DNA of 64,000 bases from Squalus acanthias. Lineage: Eukaryota. Where the stretch lies: positions 25,608,001 through 25,672,000 of the forward strand of contig CM059432.1 in the NCBI GenBank assembly GCA_030390025.1, read 5' to 3'. The position numbers and the translations under genes were made by a program. The notes below the pieces were generated by a model. That model ran no database searches, had not been told where the DNA came from, and saw only the letters and a list, made by a program, of their open reading frames with translations. Shown here in pieces: positions 59,818 through 64,000 of the stretch (position 1 is its first letter; every line of letters begins with the position of its first letter).

Positions 59818-60552
59818 GTTGATGGAATTGATGACAGGTGAAGTAGAGATGACAGAAACAATCTGTCAATAGTGAGAGAGGTTCTTCCAATGAGGTGACA
59901 CTGGATGGAGATTTTGCTGAAAAGACTTGCAGCCTGCAGAATCTGTGTTGGGAATGCAGTGAGAAACAGCCTCTGCCTGAGGAAAGTGATCAGCTGTCAG
60001 GTGGGAGCTTTTATAATACATTTCATGCTGTCAACTAATCAGCTGGAGCAATGGTCATTCAACTCCTGGCTCAAGTTGACAGACGTAGTTCCTGAACAAC
60101 GTGGTTCCCGTGGCCATGCAGGGAAATTTAAAATGTAGGGGGAGAAAGGCTCTTAAGTGTCTGTGAACAAGGTTATAATGATTTCAATTAGGTCGCCCGC
60201 CTCTGCCGGTTGGGTTTTACAGCAAACGCGCCCGAGGAAAAGGCATGTAGGGGCGGGATGATGGCGGGTTCCCGACCCGCTCCCACTTTTTCAAATTTCC
60301 CACCGGACCTGCCTCCATTCCCGCCTGCATGGACCCCTGAAAATTCCAGCCATAGAGTACAAAATCAAGGGAGTTATGCTAAACCTTTATAAAACACTGG
60401 TTAGGCCCCAGCTGCAGTATTATTACCAATTCTGGGCACCACACTTTAGGAAGGATGTCAAGGGCTTGAAAAGGGTGCAGAGAAGATTTGCTAGAATGGT
60501 GCCAGGGATGCGGGACTTAAGTTACGTGGAGAGACTAGAGAATCCGCAATCC

Positions 60553-60860
60553 AACACGGTGGCATAGTGGTTAGCACTGGTGCCTCACAAAGCCAGGGAC
60601 CCGGGTTCGAATCTGACCTCGTGGTGACTTTCTGTGTGGAGTTTGCACATTCTCCCCGTGTCTGCGTGGGTTTCCTCCGGGTGCTCCGGTTTCCTCCCAC
60701 AGTCCAAAAATGTGCGGGTTAGGTTGATTTGGCTATGATAAATTGACCCTTAGTGTTAGGGGGGGATTAAATATGTGGGGTTATGGGGATAGGATGGGAT
60801 ATGTTAGGGGGAATTAAATACGTGGGGTTACGGGGGTAGGGTGGGATATGTGTACTGTGG
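60553..60860 (+). mobile_element. V-SINE (HE1-like)
   Basis: A-box TGGCATAGTGG, B-box GGTTCGAATC, V-domain GTGTGGAGTTTGCACATTCTCCCCGTGTCTGCGTGGGTTTCCTCCGGGTGCTCCGGTTTCCTCCCAC. Confidence 0.88.
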
Positions 60861-62039
60861 GGATTAAAGCAGGGACAGGGTACTGGATTTGGATGATCAG
60901 CCATGATCGTATTGAATGGTGGAGCAGGCTCGAAGGGCCGAATGGCCTACTCCTGTTCTATGTTTCTATGTTCTCCTTAGAGCAGAAAGGTTAAGGAGAG
61001 ATTTGATGGAGGTGTTCAAAATCTTGAAGAGTCTTGATAGAATAAATAAGCAGAAACTGTTTCCTGTGGCAGAAGGGTTCGTAACCAGAGGACACAGATC
61101 TAAAGTAGTTGGCAAAGGAACCAGAGGTGACCTGAGATTAAAAAAATATATACAGCGAGTTGTTGTGATCTGGAATGCGTTGTCTGAAAGGGTGGTGGAA
61201 GCTGATTCAGCAGTAACAAAAGGAAATTGGATAAATACTTTAAGAGGAAAAATTTGCTGGGTTATGGGGAAAGAGCAGGGGAGTGGGGCTAATTGGATAG
61301 CTCTTTCAAAGAGCCGGCACAAGCACGATGGACCAAATGTCCTCCTTCTGTGCTGTATCGTTCTATGAGTCTATGATATCACGTGACAGGAGAAGATGGT
61401 AGCACTATAGCATTGTGCTCAAATTTCACTCTTACACCATTATGCTCACCCTGAGATTTGCTACTACATAAAAACATATAAATACTGAGTAAGAGGGAGG
61501 AGGGACATGACCCAGGACTTTAAACATTGAGGCTAATTGATTTGAACTTTGAACGTAAAACTATAGGGTACAGGTTCAAAATTTTATTCCCAACAGGCTT
61601 CTCGACTCTCAGCAAAAGCAGTTGATCCTGCAACAACAAGAACACAGTGAAACATGTGCATCACAAAGATGTGGATTGAAAATCAGTGGGGGCTGAGGAA
61701 GGTGACTGAAGGTGTGGTTGAAGTGGTAAATTTTGAAGAAGATTTTGAAGTTGGGGAGTGGTGCAGCAAAACGGTGAGATTTCAGGAACAGAATACACAG
61801 CTGATGGCTCCCCACCAATTATAGAAAAGGTGAAGGGGAGACCTGCCTCAGAAAAGTGAAATCTGTAAGCTGGCACATACGGCTGGATGAGGATGCATAT
61901 CATAGAATCATAGTGCAAATCAAGGCCACACTGTCCAATGGTCTATGCCTGATGCTGGGTAGGGTACAGTGAGGCCTCAGTGGGTTTGTAAATAGGGAAG
62001 AAGATTTTAAAATTGATGTACAGGTGGACAGGGAGGCAG

Positions 62040-62480
62040 CGAATGTGCAGCTGATGATGGAACTCATGGCTCTGAAAGCCCCATATGCTAACCCCCTCAA
62101 TTTTATGAATGCTGAAGGGTTTCATTCAGTTAACATGTAGCTACTGTGCAAAACCACTCATCTTAGCCTGCACGTTAATACTCACTATTCTGGAAGCTGT
62201 CATAACGCTTTCATCATGTACCAATCTATCATATCAGATCTGATGACTTAAAACCATATAGATTGGGGATCAGGGTTTTCCAGTCTAGTCATAGCTTATG
62301 ACTTCAGTATGGTATCTGCTGACGTAGGGGAAAAGCAGATATAATGAGACCCAAGAAATGCAATAGAGCAGACCATAGGCATTCTGAAGTCTCATTTTTG
62401 GTTGCTACTTCTTGAAGCTGAAGTGGATGATGATGATGAAGAAGATAAAAAGATCTTTCTTCTCTACATCAGAAAAAGGT
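62040..62480 (+). pseudogene. Decayed Harbinger (HARBI1/DDE_Tnp_4-like) transposase
   Basis: Frameshifted motifs DDGTH..LKAP, FMNAEGFHSVN, YSGSCHNAFI, RNAIEQTIGILKSHF, then an acidic tail; convergent helical ORF remnants at 62922-63373 may be its Myb partner. Confidence 0.68.
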
Positions 62481-64000
62481 TGCATAAGAACGTAGAACAA
62501 GAGAGACATTCAGTAAAGTTGACAGACCACATCATTTGTTTTTCCTTTCCCTTCCCCACCTCCAACTATCTCTCAAAAGCTTGCAGTCCCCAAGGTTTCT
62601 GTACCTTGCCTCCATAATACAGAAGTGACACTCTCTCATATCATCATCCAAGTCCACTACGTTGCAAACATCCACAGAACTGAACACTGAAGTCTATGTG
62701 GTGAAATAATTTAAATTTTCTAGAACTAAATCGAACAAAAATGATCCAATAATTTCTGACCAACTGCAACTATTTCTTATCACCATGTCTACCCTATGTG
62801 CCAGCTACCTTACTTGCTTTAGCTGCAAATCTACTTCTTCTATGAGCTGCTCTGAGTGACTCATCTCAGTGGAGCTGCTGTCCGTAAGGGACCCACTTCC
62901 AGTTGTCATTCTCTTGCATTGTCACTGGATTTCTGAGCCTAGGTCCAAAGCTCCATCAGGTGCTGGCATTGGAGGGAGCCTTAAAGACATAGGCACACTT
63001 TCACCACTCTGAGGGACAACAGCATCTGTTACCACTCCTTGCAGCTCACTGCTGCAGGGCACAGGTTCCAATTTGGAGCAAATAGTCCCAAACACAACTT
63101 GGAAATTGTTGTGTTCAGTCTCGCCTTCAAAGCATCGATTGAAGCACTGGTAGTTGCCATTCCAGAAGCAACCAATGTCCTTAGAACTTCCTCCTGGCAC
63201 TGTGTTGCCACAGAAACCTCCTGGATTGTCATTCTCTCCAGAATGTCACGAGAAACTCCCTGCAATGTTTTGCAGATGTGTGAAATGGACTTCTTCCAAT
63301 TATCCATCATCTCAACCATAAGTATGGAAACCATCTCCATTGCCAGCACATGTGATCTATGCTCCCGAATCATAGTTCTTTGGAAGACTGGGCCCTGAAA
63401 TCTGGGTCCCTAGGTTCCTTAGCCTAGGATAGTCACTTCTCCGCTCTGAATACAGAAATGGCTTTCTCCCTCTCTTTCACTCCCACGGTGGTTTTACTTC
63501 TTTAAAGTCACCCCACATAACTAATGAGGATTAGTCCAAGAAACTTCAGCGGGTTAGTTGCAGAATCAGGTTAGCTGCCCAACCCAGTGCTAACTCGCCA
63601 ATGAGAGGAGAATTCAGTTTCTTATCTCAATTTGAATTTGTTCATACATAGTAGGGATAATTTTACAAAGTTGTATTCTCAGCCTCACTTAATCTAAATG
63701 TCTACAGGCCCAAATACTTTAAGGTTTGCAGAACCTCTAGACAGTTTTCTGGGATCTGTCTGAATGATATCCTGGATGCCTGATAATCCCATATGCAGTG
63801 CAGATGGAAAATCATCCTCAAAACATATAATCCAACACTCAAGAGTTGACTATATTCCAGACCCTATGTGAGCCAAGCCAACTGTAAGAGTAGATTGCAG
63901 TTCAGCGCCCATGTCAGCTGAATCAATTTGCAGAGCAAGCTGTAAGCCAGCCCATATGTTAGTTGTATGAACCAACAGAGCGGTTGGAAAACGGTCCCAT

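Larger units (their letters stand above)
51940..60351. mobile_element. Non-autonomous Harbinger/PIF element: Myb/SANT gene (+) converging on an internally deleted transposase (-)
   Basis: Interrupts CR1 at GGCATA|GAGTAC; right terminus AAAATTCCAGCC like the MITE TIRs; left terminus degraded. Confidence 0.72.
47670..61377 (+). mobile_element. Outer CR1 LINE fragmented by nested insertions (about 47670-48540, 49603-49900, 51765-51939, 60352-60540, 60968-61377)
   Basis: Pieces continue in CR1 ORF2 order across each insertion: SPGPDGMHP, DFQKAFDKVP, KFADDTK, ILGFINRGI|EYK, LVRPQLQYY, TRGH, TCTATGA tail. Confidence 0.8.

Noticed and set aside
60553..60625. tRNA gene
   Set aside because: A/B boxes run straight into a V-SINE body with no proper acceptor stem or terminator.

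Overview
Repeat-dense vertebrate genomic DNA, most likely from a cartilaginous fish given the V-SINE/HE1-like and Deu-domain SINEs and abundant CR1, L2 and Penelope copies. I recognise no host protein-coding exon. The centrepiece is a nearly intact 12.8-kb endogenous retrovirus-like provirus (5474-18311, + strand). It has 1672-bp LTRs that are about 99% identical, a 4-bp GGAT target-site duplication (TSD), and a tRNA-Arg(UCG) primer-binding site (PBS) that overlaps the gag ATG. Gag joins pol in frame through a UGA-CUAG readthrough context. Pol has the order PR-RT-degenerate RNase H-active RNase H-integrase, with one internal TGA. Env is not a classical SU/TM protein: it resembles a paramyxo/pneumovirus-F-type class I fusion protein with an immunoglobulin-like domain in its N-terminal half. 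This architecture best fits the lokiretrovirus-like lineage (inference, needs phylogeny). Three related solo LTRs and one distant solo LTR share a structured U5 motif. The rest is deeply nested CR1, L2, Tx1/L1, Penelope (two hammerhead ribozyme motifs), Harbinger elements/MITEs and SINEs. All coordinates and alignments were read by eye.
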